From an uncultured Thermoleophilia bacterium (GTDB taxonomy: Bacteria; Actinomycetota; Thermoleophilia; UBA2241), in NCBI GenBank assembly GCA_963715985.1, contig CAVQSP010000011.1:192001-256000 (forward strand): a DNA stretch of 64,000 nucleotides, in the 5' to 3' direction. The notes beneath the pieces were generated by a model. The model did not search any database. It was not told where the DNA came from and worked only from the letters and a program-made list of their open reading frames with translations. Shown piece after piece: positions 1 to 9,984 of this stretch; the stretch's first letter is position 1, and each line of letters starts with the position of its first letter. Position numbers and translations under genes: made by a program.

Positions 1-194
1 CAGGCATGCCTTCGTTGCCATCGTGGCGCATCCGCAGTGGTATCAGCATGCGAGCAGCCTCATCGTCGCTTCTTCCGACGCCACTCTACTCGTTGGGCGC
101 CTCCGGCTCGAGGATGACAATCAGAGGAAGTGCCTGCGGTCAGACGTCACAGGGAGGCAAGGCCATGCCCGAACCAGAATGCCGCACCTACTCG

Positions 195-2184
195 CCCGGG
201 TTCCGCAGCTGTCCCCCCGATAGTCCACGAAACGTGGCGGTTTTGCAGGGCAAAAGCAGGCTGACGCGCGCAGGCGGCGTGTATCTATGCGCCGAGGGGG
301 CGCGAAGCTCAGGATGATCGCCGGCGTGAGCTCGTGGAGGAGCGGTGGCACGGCGAGCTGCAGCTTGGCGAGGATGGCGCGCTGGGCAGGCGTGACCTCG
401 GTGCGCTGGCGGAAGCTGCCGGCGGCGCCCCGGAAGCTGCCGAGCTGCAGCTTCTCGAGCTCGCGGCGCAGGTTGGGCCAGGTGTCCCCGCAGCTGGTCT
501 CGGTGACGCGCACGAGGAGCAGGGCGAGCCAGCAGAGCACGACGTGGGCACGGATGCGGTCCTCCCGGCGGTGGTAGACGGGGCGCAGGTCGAGGACCTG
601 CTTCATGTCGCGCCAACCGCGCTCGACCTCGCCGAGCTGTCTGTAGCCGAGGGCGATGTCCGCGGCCGAGAGCGTGGGGTCGGAGCAGCGCAGGAGCAAC
701 TTGCCGTCGAACTGCTCCTCGGCCTTGACGGCCGCCTCGTCCACGCGCAGGAGGCCGCCCGGCGTGGTGCGCAGGAGGCGCGCGAGGCCGGGCTTGGTGC
801 CGATCGCGCCGCGCAGCTCGGCGCGCTTCGTGGGCGTGAGCTCGTCGGAGCCGGCGATCGTCTCGGCAAGGCGCGCGAGCAGGCGCGCGCGCACCGCGGC
901 GTCGCGCTCCGCGGCCTCCGGGTTGTGGCAGACGACGAAGCGCTCGTGCGCGCTGACGCGCACCTCCTTGACGCGTAGGCCTCCCGCGACCTCCTGGTAG
1001 CGGCCCGCGCGTGCGAGGGCGGCCTCGGCCTCGGCTGAGCCCGAGCGCAGCTTCTCGGCCATGATGTAGTGCTCGTCCCCGCGGCGCAGGTGGCGGCGGT
1101 TCTTCTCGCGAGGCGAAGCCGCGGTCGGCGACCCAGACGATGCGCGAGAGCGTCCAGTCACGGAGGTCGTCTTTGACCTGGCGGATGAGGGCCGAGTCGG
1201 AGGTGCTGCCGGGCCAGCGACCAGACGCGCACGGGGATGCCCTCACGGGTCACGGCCATGCCGACGACCACCTGGGGCAGGTCGGGGCGGTGGTCCTTGG
1301 AGTGGCCGTAGCTGCGGAAGCCGGCGCGGCGCACGGCCTCCTGCTCGGTCCCGGCGACCAGCAGCTCGCCCGCGTTCGTCGCGGGCCACGGGTTCGTCGG
1401 CCTCGTCGCGCTCGAAGTAGGTCGAGGTGGTGTCGAAGAAGAGCAGGTCGACCTCGAGGCTGAGGAGGCTGGCGACGGCGTGGAAGACCTCCCTCTCGAG
1501 CGTCGCCCTGGACCTCGAAGCAGCCAGTCCATGGCGCGGTAGCAGGCGTCGTCGGTGGTGGCCGGGAGAGCTTCGATGCAGGCGTCCTCGCAGGCCCAGC
1601 GCGCGGCCGCGAGCTTCGAGGAGGGGGCCAGAGCACGATTGGCCGTGAGCGCGAAGAGCACGCGCTCGGCGGCGGCGTCGCGGCGCTTGCCGCCAGCAGT
1701 CGGCGCAGGGCCGCGTCGATCCCGAGCCGTCGCCAGAGGCCGTCGAGGGCGTAGCTGCCGCCGAGGGGACGCGCGCCGAGGAAGTCGAAGCCCTGCGGCG
1801 GCGGCGAAGAGGCTACCCTGGGGATCCTCGGGCGCGGATGAGAGGAAGCGCGCAGCGAGCCCGCGAGGCGCTCCAGCGCGGCCCGGCTCTCGGCGTCCTC
1901 GCGACCGAAGTTGTAGAGCACCTCGGTGCGCGAGCGCTTCTTCACGGGGTCCCAGGTGTTGTGCGCGAGCTGCAGGTAGCGGACGACCGTGCCGTCCTTG
2001 TTGCGCGCGCGGTGTGGTGCGCACGTACATGGACTAGACGTCCTCATGAAGTACGCGCTAAAGCCAGTACCCCAACCCTAGCCGTGTATCTATGCTTTTC
2101 GCGCCGTTTGACCAGGCCGAAACGCTGTGTGCAGGGGCTTCTCTTCAGACGTGGGCCAGAGGGGCGAATAGCTGCGGAACTCAG
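195..2184 (-). mobile_element. IS1634-family insertion sequence
   Basis: Terminal inverted repeats CCGGGTTCCGCAGCT (196-210) and AGCTGCGGAACTCAG (2170-2184). 5-bp target duplication ACTCG at 190-194 and 2185-2189. Encloses a transposase. Confidence 0.88.
309..2030 (-). pseudogene. IS1634-family transposase, several frameshifts
   Basis: Pieces in different frames: MYVRTT..NKDGTVVRYLQLAHNTWDP, YGHSKDHRPDLPQVVVGMAVTREGIP, and VERGWRDMKQVLDLRPVYHRREDRIRAHV. Confidence 0.85.
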
Positions 2185-2484
2185 ACTCGGTCCGTGAAGC
2201 AGCCAGGGTGCTGGGCCTGAGCGAAGCTCACACCTACGCATGCATCTACCGCGGCGAGATTCCCGCTTTGCGATTCGGTCGGCGCATGGTGGTCCCGAAG
2301 GATGCACTGCACCAGCTGCTTGAGAACCCGAGCATGGTTCGGGGGATCTCTACACCCCCGCCCCGACCATAGTCAGGTCCCGCAGCCACAGGGCTACTGC
2401 TTTCCGCGCCGCTCAGACCTCAGTCGCCGGCCGGGCACGGATACCTGCGGACTGCCGCGGAACCCAAAGGGCCCGATCTGCGAA

Positions 2485-2544
2485 CTCGAAAACCGTCAAT
2501 CCGGCTAACCGGGTTCGGGGGTTCGAATCCCCCCCTCTCCGCCA
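2485..2544 (+). repeat. 3' fragment of tRNA-Ser(CGA); att site of an integrative element
   Basis: CTCGAAA anticodon loop, long variable arm, T arm GGGGG-TTCGAAT-CCCCC and CCTCTCCGCCA end are present. The 5' half (GGAGAGG acceptor strand, D arm, ACGGT) is absent. Confidence 0.8.
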
Positions 2545-3092
2545 CTTCGCTCGCGCCCCCCGTGCCTCTTGGCGTGCCGGTGTCTTTCGTTGCCTTGGGT
2601 CGAGTGGCGGCTCGCTTGCCACTGCCGCCTCTCGGCTCGTCCGGGCCGTCAGGTCTCTCGGGCCGCCTGCTCCGTCTGGAGGGTTCCCCAGCCGTCATCA
2701 TCGTCTTCGTTCCGCAGCCTGTCGTTGACTTCCTCGGGTTGTGCGCACGGTGGGTCGAACTCGGCCCGCACTGTTTCGTTCTCGCTCGTGATGAGGGTCA
2801 CAGAGCGCCTCGGGTCGATCGATGAGCAGGGCGCGCGAGATCACCCCCGAGCGAGCCTACGACGACGCTGTCGTGGTAGCTGCACTCCCAGATCCTCTCG
2901 GGTGCCGCGACGTCCGCGTTGCGTCCTTGCCGCCGGCCCGACCCGCACCGTGACCTCGATCGGGACGGCACCACCCCGAACGATCGTCTAGGGGTGTACA
3001 GAAAGGCCGGGCAGCTGCCGATGACATGCCACGTACCGGCGCGGGACCGGATTCTCCGTTCCGTCGTCATCGCAGCGTGTAAGGAGACAGGG

Positions 3093-3611
3093 ATGCGTAA
3101 GCACTTGATCATCATGGGGCTGACGGCGGTGTTGTCGTTCGCGTTCGCCGCCCCGGCGTTGGCCGACACCCAGGCCACCGTGAACGCCCAGGTCACCGCC
3201 CAAGTGGTGTCCATCCAGCTGACCAGCGGCAGCAACCTGGACTTCGGCCAGCAGCCAATGGGCGCAAGCGGCGTGGGGCCCATCGACGGGTCTGTGGTCA
3301 CCATCTACAACAACGGCAGCCAGGGAGCGTCCCTGAACCTTCAGGGCAGCGATGCCACGAACGGCGGCATGCCCGGAAACACCTGGTCGCTGAGCAACAT
3401 GGGCGGCATGCCCGGCCCGGATACGTTCTCCTGGGCACTGTCCCCGCAATGGGGAGGCATGTTCACATACTTCTACCGGGACTACGCCAGCTACATGATG
3501 TGGCTGGGCCAAGGTGAGAGCGTGGCCTGCAATCCCTACCTGTACATGCCCACGTCGACGATGTCTGGGGGCACGTACTCCTGGACCGGGACGATCATCG
3601 CCAGCATGTGA
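3093..3611 (+). CDS. Secreted beta-rich protein (WxL/pilin-like)
   Basis: AAGGAG RBS, signal peptide ending APALA, LDFG motif, C-terminal GTYSWTGTIIAS strand. Confidence 0.7.
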   Translation: MRKHLIIMGLTAVLSFAFAAPALADTQATVNAQVTAQVVSIQLTSGSNLDFGQQPMGASGVGPIDGSVVTIYNNGSQGASLNLQGSDATNGGMPGNTWSLSNMGGMPGPDTFSWALSPQWGGMFTYFYRDYASYMMWLGQGESVACNPYLYMPTSTMSGGTYSWTGTIIASM

Positions 3612-3713
3612 CCATGATGCAGGTGAGGAAGGCCTGCCGACGAAGACCCAACGCGGTAGCACCGGGGCGACGCATGCCCCGGCGTCGGTCCTGCCCGGAG
3701 AAGTGGTCAGCGC

Positions 3714-4375
3714 ATGCGCACGAGCTGGAAGGAACGGATAGGCGCGCCGCTGGTGGCGTTGGCGCTGTCGTTGGCTTGCGCCACGGCCGCTACGCCGGCC
3801 GCGACGCCAGACGCCACGCCGGTCTCCTCGCCTACCTCCTCGCCAGACGCCACACTGTCCGCCTCGCCGGTCGCCACGTTGTCCTCCTCGCCGGCCGCCT
3901 CGCCGGCCGCCACGCCGTCCGCCTCACCTGCGTCCTCGCCGGCCGCCACGCCTGCCACGGAGGATCCGGGTGGTGGGGGCGTGGTGTGCATCCGCTCTGC
4001 ATCGCGGCGCCACGTCTCGACCCGCTGCAGACCGCGAACGGGCGTGCCGGTCAATGCGGCGGTCACCATCTACAACGACGGCGACCAGGCAGTCGTCCTC
4101 AACCTCCTCGGCAGCGATGCCACCAACGCCGAGCCTCCGTACAACACGTGGGCGCTGAGCACGCAAGCAGGCCCGGACATGTTCGCCTGGGGACTTGCGA
4201 TACAGGAGGGGGGAGGCGTGACCGCGCACTTCACCCGGGGTTCCGCCAGCTTCATGAGAGGTCTTCCCGCCGGTCAGAGCGCGACCTGCTGGCCCCTCCT
4301 CTTCATGCCGAGTCGACGTCGCACGCGGGTACCTACGCGTGGAGCGGGACGATCATCGCGAGCGCCGGGCCGTGA
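3714..4375 (+). CDS. Secreted paralog of the upstream protein with S/P/A/T linker (frameshifted)
   Basis: Shares VTIYN.G.Q...LNL.GSDATN..P.NTW.LS...GPD.F.W.L. The C-terminus GTYAWSGTIIASAGP* is in another frame. Confidence 0.65.
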
Positions 4376-4477
4376 CCAGAAGACGGCGACCCGTCGGCCT
4401 CGGCAGGCTCGCGGGGGCGGGCGTCCCGGTCGGAACGCTCGCCGCGTGGAGAGAGCGGCCGTGAGCACCGCGGCACG

Positions 4478-5151
4478 ATGAGCGCGAAGAGAGGCGACAA
4501 GAGCGCCGCAGCGCCCGGACGCAGGCGGGTCCCGCGCTTCTCGCATCTCCTTCTCGCCCTGCTCGCCGTCGCCGTCATCGCCCTTACGGCTGCGCTGCTG
4601 CTCACGACGCGACGACAAGACGAGCGGGTGGCGGGTCTTCAGGAGCGGCTCGGCGAGCTCGCCGATCAGACGGGCCTCCTCGCTGCCCAGCTTGCGGCAG
4701 CACCACCCAAAGGGACGGTCGCCGGCAAAGGCAAGGACCACGTCGCCGTGGCAGACAGCGGAGACGAGACGACGAGCGGGGATCGCCTGTTCGCGCGCAT
4801 CACCGGCGTGAAGGAACAGGCGTACGGCTGGGAGCTGACCACGCGGCCGGCCCAGTACTTCACAGGTGATGCCGCCTTCTCGCTCGCCACGTCTCGCGGC
4901 GAGCTCCCCCGTCACGGCGTGTACATCCTCGACGATTCGGAGACGACCTGACCGTACGGATGGTGAAGGCGACCCAGTGACTCTGACGGGATGGAGCAGT
5001 CGGCAGGGCACATCGGCCAAACGCTCGGCGGCGGACCTCGCCGCAGTGGTCACCGGCGGTGCGACGCGCAGAAGCCTGGAAGAACGGATGGTATTGGCTG
5101 GATGTGCGAGACCGCGTCGTCGTCGAGGTCGTACAACAGGAGGTCAAGTAG
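4478..5151 (+). CDS. Membrane-anchored hypothetical protein (frameshifted)
   Basis: N-terminal TM helix and coiled coil. Coding sequence appears to continue in other frames to WKNGWYWLDVRDRVVVEVVQQEVK* (TAG 5149-5151). Confidence 0.5.
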
Positions 5152-5173
5152 AGAGAGTCTCCCTCGGTCTCCT

Positions 5174-5869
5174 GTGCGACGCGCCCTTCTCGCCTGTGCG
5201 CTGACCGCGCTCGTCGCGGCGCTTCTGCTGTCTTTCGGCGTTGCGTCAGCCAACGCAACGTTAGGCGTGGGTACCGACACCGGCAAGATCCGGCTCACGG
5301 AGGATCTGAGGGCCGGGGCGAGCTACCGCCTCCCGACCTTCAGGATCATCAACACCGGCACTGAGCCGGTCGGATACGTGATGAAGGTGGTGGGGGTAGC
5401 CGGAAGGCAGATCGCGGACGCCTCCTGGTTCGCGTTCGAGCCGAAGACCTTCTACCTCCATCCCAACGAGGAGCGCAGTGTGTCCGTCACCGTGCGCCTG
5501 CCGAGTGGCGCCGCGCCGGAGGAGTACGAGGCGATCCTCGCGGCCGTCCCGACGGTGCCCGGCAAGGGGAGCGGCGCGCATATAGACGTGGGTGTCGGCC
5601 CCCGCCTGATCATGACGGTGAAGTCCGCGGGCTTCTTCCGAGCGCTGTACTTCGCGGTGACCCGGTGGTTCGCCGACCATCAGCTCTGGTCCAGCGTCGC
5701 CGCCGCACTGGTCGTGGCCGGGCTGGCAGCAGGCGTGTGGTGGATCTTCTTGAGGCGTCGCCCTCGCCGGTCGAGCGAGCCGCCGTACGAGACGGCTGAG
5801 CCGGGTCTCGCACGTCGATCCCGCCCACACGGATTCGGCGGACGGACCCAGTGGAGTCCACTTGGCTGA
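5174..5869 (+). CDS. Secreted Ig-fold protein with C-terminal TM anchor (DUF916-like)
   Basis: Signal peptide ending ASANA. Motifs INTGTEP, WFAFEPKTFYLHPNEERSVSVTVRLP, GAAPEEYEAIL. C-terminal TM followed by RRRPRR. Confidence 0.65.
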   Translation: MRRALLACALTALVAALLLSFGVASANATLGVGTDTGKIRLTEDLRAGASYRLPTFRIINTGTEPVGYVMKVVGVAGRQIADASWFAFEPKTFYLHPNEERSVSVTVRLPSGAAPEEYEAILAAVPTVPGKGSGAHIDVGVGPRLIMTVKSAGFFRALYFAVTRWFADHQLWSSVAAALVVAGLAAGVWWIFLRRRPRRSSEPPYETAEPGLARRSRPHGFGGRTQWSPLG

Positions 5870-6425
5870 ATCGGACACCTCGCGCGGAGCAAATGACGAT
5901 GGCCTCGCCACCGAACCTGGAGCTACTCACACCGTCGAGCCAGGGATCGGACCCCCGAGCACCGCAGGCAGCCCGGACGGTAGGGCGCCCTGGTCCAGGG
6001 ATTCGTCGCCGGCGTGACACCGGGGAACCCCGACGAGGCGGAGTTCTCGGACGCGCTGCCGGGTTGCCTCCGCCGCAGCACTGACTTCCGAGCACGCGGC
6101 GCTCGGGACGGCGAGACCCCGTCGAAGAGGCTCACGCTGTCAACGAGGTGAGTGCGCGGTACCCCGGCGACGGCTTGATCCAACTCGCTCGGCTTGTTCT
6201 GGACGCTGCTCCACTCCGACTCCGCTACTTCAAGGACGACGTCGCCACAGAGGTCATGAGGGGCGGAGGATTGCAGGCCACGAAGCTGGGCAGCGACGAC
6301 GTCTAGGTGAACGCCGACCCGCACGGCGCGCTTCACCCGCACCCCCAAGAAGGGCACCCACCCGTCGCACGTATACGCCACCGACCTGGCCGGCGGCACG
6401 CAAGCCAACGTGGCCAAGGCTAGGC

Positions 6426-8105
6426 TCACGGTGAAGTGACGCGATTCCCGGCAGCCGACCGCGGCCCGCCGAGCGCGCACCGGCAGACAGGACGGCCGAA
6501 GGGCCGCGGGCGCTCCCCGCGCCCACGCGCAGAAGCAGTGGTCAGACGCTCACGCGGCGCGACTGAAGCACGCCTGCGCTCGTTCGGGAGGCCGTGCATC
6601 CCTCCGGAAGTGCCTTCTCGGAGGACGTACCTGACCCACGTAGCGGGGACGCCGGAGGAGCCGGTGTCACACTCGGGCAGTTCGGCCGTCGCGGCGGCCA
6701 GGAGATCGGCAACTCGGTCCAGGACATCCGGATCCACCGCAAGGGGCCGGTGTTCGGCCAGCAGCTCGACCACGGCGCGTTTGGCCGATTCGCCTTCGCT
6801 GGGCGCCCCCTTCTGGACATCCATGTAAGAGGTACGCCGCAGGAGGTCCGGTCGCCAGTGAGCGCCGGCTCTGATGCCGGTTCGCGTCTCCTTCAGGGCC
6901 AGATAGTGCCCGCCGGGGCCGACCCGGGAGACGGAATCGACTGAGACGCCGGCGTCGTCGACCGCGAACCCTCCGCCGACGTACTCGATGTAGCTCACGA
7001 TCTCGGCGTCGAGCAGCATCTTCGGCAGCGACACGGCCTGGCCGCCCTCGAGCGTGCCCAGGCCGGTCATGATGTCCGGCCTCCCCAGCCGTGTGAACAA
7101 GCCGAGGGCCATGTCTTCCATCCCGCCGCGGAAGCTCAATTCGCTCGCATCCGTCACGTATCCGACGCTCAGCGCGGGCATGCCGTACGAATGCGCCAGC
7201 TCGGTCTGCGCGACGTTCATCAGGAGGCTCTCCGGTGTGGAGACGGCGATGCGGGAGGTCCTCATGTCCATGATGCTCGCGTTGGCGGAGTAGATCAGAG
7301 GGCAGCCCGGAGCCACGAGCTGCAACAGTACGACCGCACTCAGCACGTCGCAGTTGGTCTGCATGATCGTCCCGGCCAGCGAGACGGGCCCGGTCGCGCC
7401 GGCGAGCGCCAGGCTGAAGATGTCGATGGGCACGTGCTCCTTGGCGAGTGCCATCGCCGCCTCGAGCGCGGGGCCGTCGTGCTGCAGCGGCGCCACAGGG
7501 CAGTAGATGGCTGAGAAGATCGGGCGCGATCTGCTCCGTCCGGCGCCCTCGAACTGCCTCACGATGTCGAGGGCGTACGGCACTTCTTCCGGGCGCGTGA
7601 CCTGGCCCATGACGTGCTTCCCGGTGTTCTGGAGCATGCAGGCTGTCGCGGCCAGGTCGGAGAGCCCCGAAGGGACGCCGTCCGTCGGACTGATCGAGTA
7701 CCACACGATGCCGAAGGCCTCGAGGGCATCCGCGAGCCGCGTCACCATGGCAAGGTCGTCGAGCCGGGGTGCCCGATATGCACCCGAGTCCAGGTCGACC
7801 ACGAAGGGACAGATGCCGGCGACGGTCGCGAACGTGCGCATGCCGTCCAGCAGCGCGTCTCGCTGCGGGTCGCGGCCGGCGAGCAGCACGTCCCGCGGCA
7901 CCCCGGACAGGGCCCACTCCACGAGTGGCCGGGGAATGCGCACGAGGCCGGTCTCGTGATCCACCGCACAGCCGGCATCCTGCAGCACCGACCTCGCCGC
8001 GGCACTCTGAAACCGTACTCCGACGCTCTCGAGAACGTGAAGCGAGCGATCGTGGATGAAGTCACGGTCGGCGATGTCGAGGATCGAGATGCGCGGAGAT
8101 GGCAT
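6426..8105 (-). CDS. Trimethylamine methyltransferase (MttB) family protein, non-pyrrolysine
   Basis: IHDRSLHVLESVGVRF, AGATGPVSLAGTIMQTN, VGPGGHYL. The Pyl-equivalent position is Val (GTG, 7155-7157). The true stop may be the out-of-frame TGA at 6667-6669. Confidence 0.9.
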   Translation of the reverse strand: MPSPRISILDIADRDFIHDRSLHVLESVGVRFQSAAARSVLQDAGCAVDHETGLVRIPRPLVEWALSGVPRDVLLAGRDPQRDALLDGMRTFATVAGICPFVVDLDSGAYRAPRLDDLAMVTRLADALEAFGIVWYSISPTDGVPSGLSDLAATACMLQNTGKHVMGQVTRPEEVPYALDIVRQFEGAGRSRSRPIFSAIYCPVAPLQHDGPALEAAMALAKEHVPIDIFSLALAGATGPVSLAGTIMQTNCDVLSAVVLLQLVAPGCPLIYSANASIMDMRTSRIAVSTPESLLMNVAQTELAHSYGMPALSVGYVTDASELSFRGGMEDMALGLFTRLGRPDIMTGLGTLEGGQAVSLPKMLLDAEIVSYIEYVGGGFAVDDAGVSVDSVSRVGPGGHYLALKETRTGIRAGAHWRPDLLRRTSYMDVQKGAPSEGESAKRAVVELLAEHRPLAVDPDVLDRVADLLAAATAELPECDTGSSGVPATWVRYVLREGTSGGMHGLPNERRRASVAPRERLTTASARGRGERPRPFGRPVCRCALGGPRSAAGNRVTSP

Positions 8106-8139
8106 GCGAGTCTCCCTGGAAGATTCGAACGGGCGCGTG

Positions 8140-9984
8140 TCAGCCCGCGGGTATCCCGGCCGCACGCTCGGCGGGCGCCACGTCGGCCAGCGCTGTGAGC
8201 TTGGGCACATCCTCGAGCAGCCGGATCGTGTACTCGTCGACGGGGCGCGACAGGACCGTGTCGGTGGGACCACGCTCCACCACGCGCCCCTCATGCAGGA
8301 CGACCACCTCCTGAGCGATGCTGCGGACCAGCGCCAGGTTGTGCGTGATGAACAGGATGCTGAGACCGCGCTCCGTCTGCAGCCTGCGCAGCAGCTCGAC
8401 GATGGCCGCCTGTACGGAGACGTCGAGGGCCGAGGTGACCTCGTCGCAGACGAGCAGTGACGGTTCGATCACGAGCGCCCTCGCGATGGCCACACGCTGT
8501 CGTTCGCCGCCGCTCAGCTGGTCGGGGTATCTGCCGAGGAAGTCCCCGCTGAGTGCCGCCGCCTCCAGCGTCGCGACCACGCGGTCCGTACGCTCGGCGG
8601 CCGAGAGCTTGAAGAAGCGGGTCAGGGGCTGCTCGACCAGCTGCCCCACCGTCTTGCGCGGGTTCAGCGACGTGTAGGGGTTCTGGAAGATGTACTGCAC
8701 GGAACGCAGCACCTCGAGGTCGCGGTCCTTGGCCAGCGGTCCCAGGGCCTGGCCCTGGAACAGGACTCGGCCCGTCCAATTGCCGTGCAGGCCGATGAGG
8801 CAACGCGCCAGCGTCGTCTTTCCCGAACCGGACTCCCCGACCACGGCCACGCACGAGGTGCGGGGGACGTCGAGCGCGACATCGAACAGGATCTGGACCT
8901 CGTTGTAGCTGGCGTCGAGGCCGGTGACCTCGAGCAGGGCCGGCCCGCCTGCGACGCCGGCAGACGACTGACGCTCGGAGGCCAGCTTCTCGACCCCGGT
9001 CGAGATCCGCACCAGCTCCCGGGTGCGGATGCAGCGTGCCCGGTGCTCGGCGCCGTTGACCGGGAGCATGGCCGGGGGAGCCGCTGAACACTCCGGGATC
9101 GCGTGCGGGCAGCGGGGCTCGAAAGAGCAACCGCGCGGGCGCCTCCCGGGGCTCGGCGGCTGGCCCTCCATGCCCTCCAGCACGTGGCAGATCTCCGGTG
9201 AGGGGATGGCCCTCAGGAGCCCGTCCGTGTACGGGTGGCCGGGTGAGTCGAACACGTCCTTGGTCGTGCCGAGCTCGATGAGGCGGCCCGCGTACATCAC
9301 GGCCACGCGATCGGCGATCTCAGCGATCACGGCGAGATCGTGGGTCACGTAGAGCGCGGCGACGCCGTAGGTGCTGCAGAGGCCGCGCACGGTGTCCAGC
9401 ACGTGGCGTTGAGTGGCGACATCCAGGCCGGTGGTCGGCTCGTCCAGAACGATGAGCTCGGGCCGGCACGAGAAGGCCATCGCCAGTGCGATGCGCTGTT
9501 GCTGGCCACCCGACAGCTGATGCGGATACCGGTTCAGGATCTCGGGGCCCGCCGAGAGATCGACCTCGCCCAGTACCTGCGCCATGCGCTCCGTCGGGTC
9601 CGGCAGGTCGGGGTCATCGCCTGCGTGCACCGTCAGGGCTTCGCGCAGCTGGCGCCCGACCTTGAGCGAAGGGTTGAGGGCGCTGGCCGGGTCCTGCGGC
9701 ACGTAGGCGACGCGCCGGCCGCGCAGCCGCCGGAGCTCCTCCTCGCCCATGCTCAGCACGTCCCGCCCTTCCAGAACGACGGTGCCGGCGGCGACGGAGA
9801 GGCCTCGCCGGCAGTGCCCCAGCAGCGCCAGCGCGACCGTCGTCTTGCCCGAGCCCGACTCACCGACCAGGCCGACGACCTCCCCGGCGTCCACGGTCAG
9901 GTCGATATCGTCGACGACGTCGACGGCCGAGCCGGCCAGGACGACGCGCAGGCCGTCGATGACGATGCGAGGCCGGTCGGCCAT
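8140..9984 (-). CDS. Peptide/nickel-type ABC transporter ATP-binding protein (two fused ATPase domains)
   Basis: Two GESGSGKTT Walker A motifs, LSGGQQQR and LSGGERQR signatures, oligopeptide HPYT domain. Confidence 0.95.
   Translation of the reverse strand: MADRPRIVIDGLRVVLAGSAVDVVDDIDLTVDAGEVVGLVGESGSGKTTVALALLGHCRRGLSVAAGTVVLEGRDVLSMGEEELRRLRGRRVAYVPQDPASALNPSLKVGRQLREALTVHAGDDPDLPDPTERMAQVLGEVDLSAGPEILNRYPHQLSGGQQQRIALAMAFSCRPELIVLDEPTTGLDVATQRHVLDTVRGLCSTYGVAALYVTHDLAVIAEIADRVAVMYAGRLIELGTTKDVFDSPGHPYTDGLLRAIPSPEICHVLEGMEGQPPSPGRRPRGCSFEPRCPHAIPECSAAPPAMLPVNGAEHRARCIRTRELVRISTGVEKLASERQSSAGVAGGPALLEVTGLDASYNEVQILFDVALDVPRTSCVAVVGESGSGKTTLARCLIGLHGNWTGRVLFQGQALGPLAKDRDLEVLRSVQYIFQNPYTSLNPRKTVGQLVEQPLTRFFKLSAAERTDRVVATLEAAALSGDFLGRYPDQLSGGERQRVAIARALVIEPSLLVCDEVTSALDVSVQAAIVELLRRLQTERGLSILFITHNLALVRSIAQEVVVLHEGRVVERGPTDTVLSRPVDEYTIRLLEDVPKLTALADVAPAERAAGIPAG

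Larger units (their letters stand above)
165..2372 (+). pseudogene. Excisionase-like HTH DNA-binding protein (70 aa), split by IS insertion (pieces 165-194 and 2190-2372)
   Basis: Removing the IS and one ACTCG copy restores MPEPECRTYSVREAARVLGLSEAHTYACIYRGEIPALRFGRRMVVPKDALHQLLENP...*, a typical HTH_17/Xis pattern. GGGAGG RBS lies upstream of ATG 165. Confidence 0.85.

Noticed and set aside
2455-2544. Complete tRNA-Ser gene
   Set aside because: No 5' acceptor strand, D arm or 5' anticodon-stem strand; only the 3' part is present, so it is treated as an att site.
3780-3960. Short tandem repeats as a possible CRISPR array
   Set aside because: Degenerate coding repeats for an S/P/A/T linker; no constant repeat-spacer structure and no cas genes.
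5923-6480. 185-aa minus-strand ORF
   Set aside because: No recognisable motif, RBS or clear start; cannot be supported as a gene.
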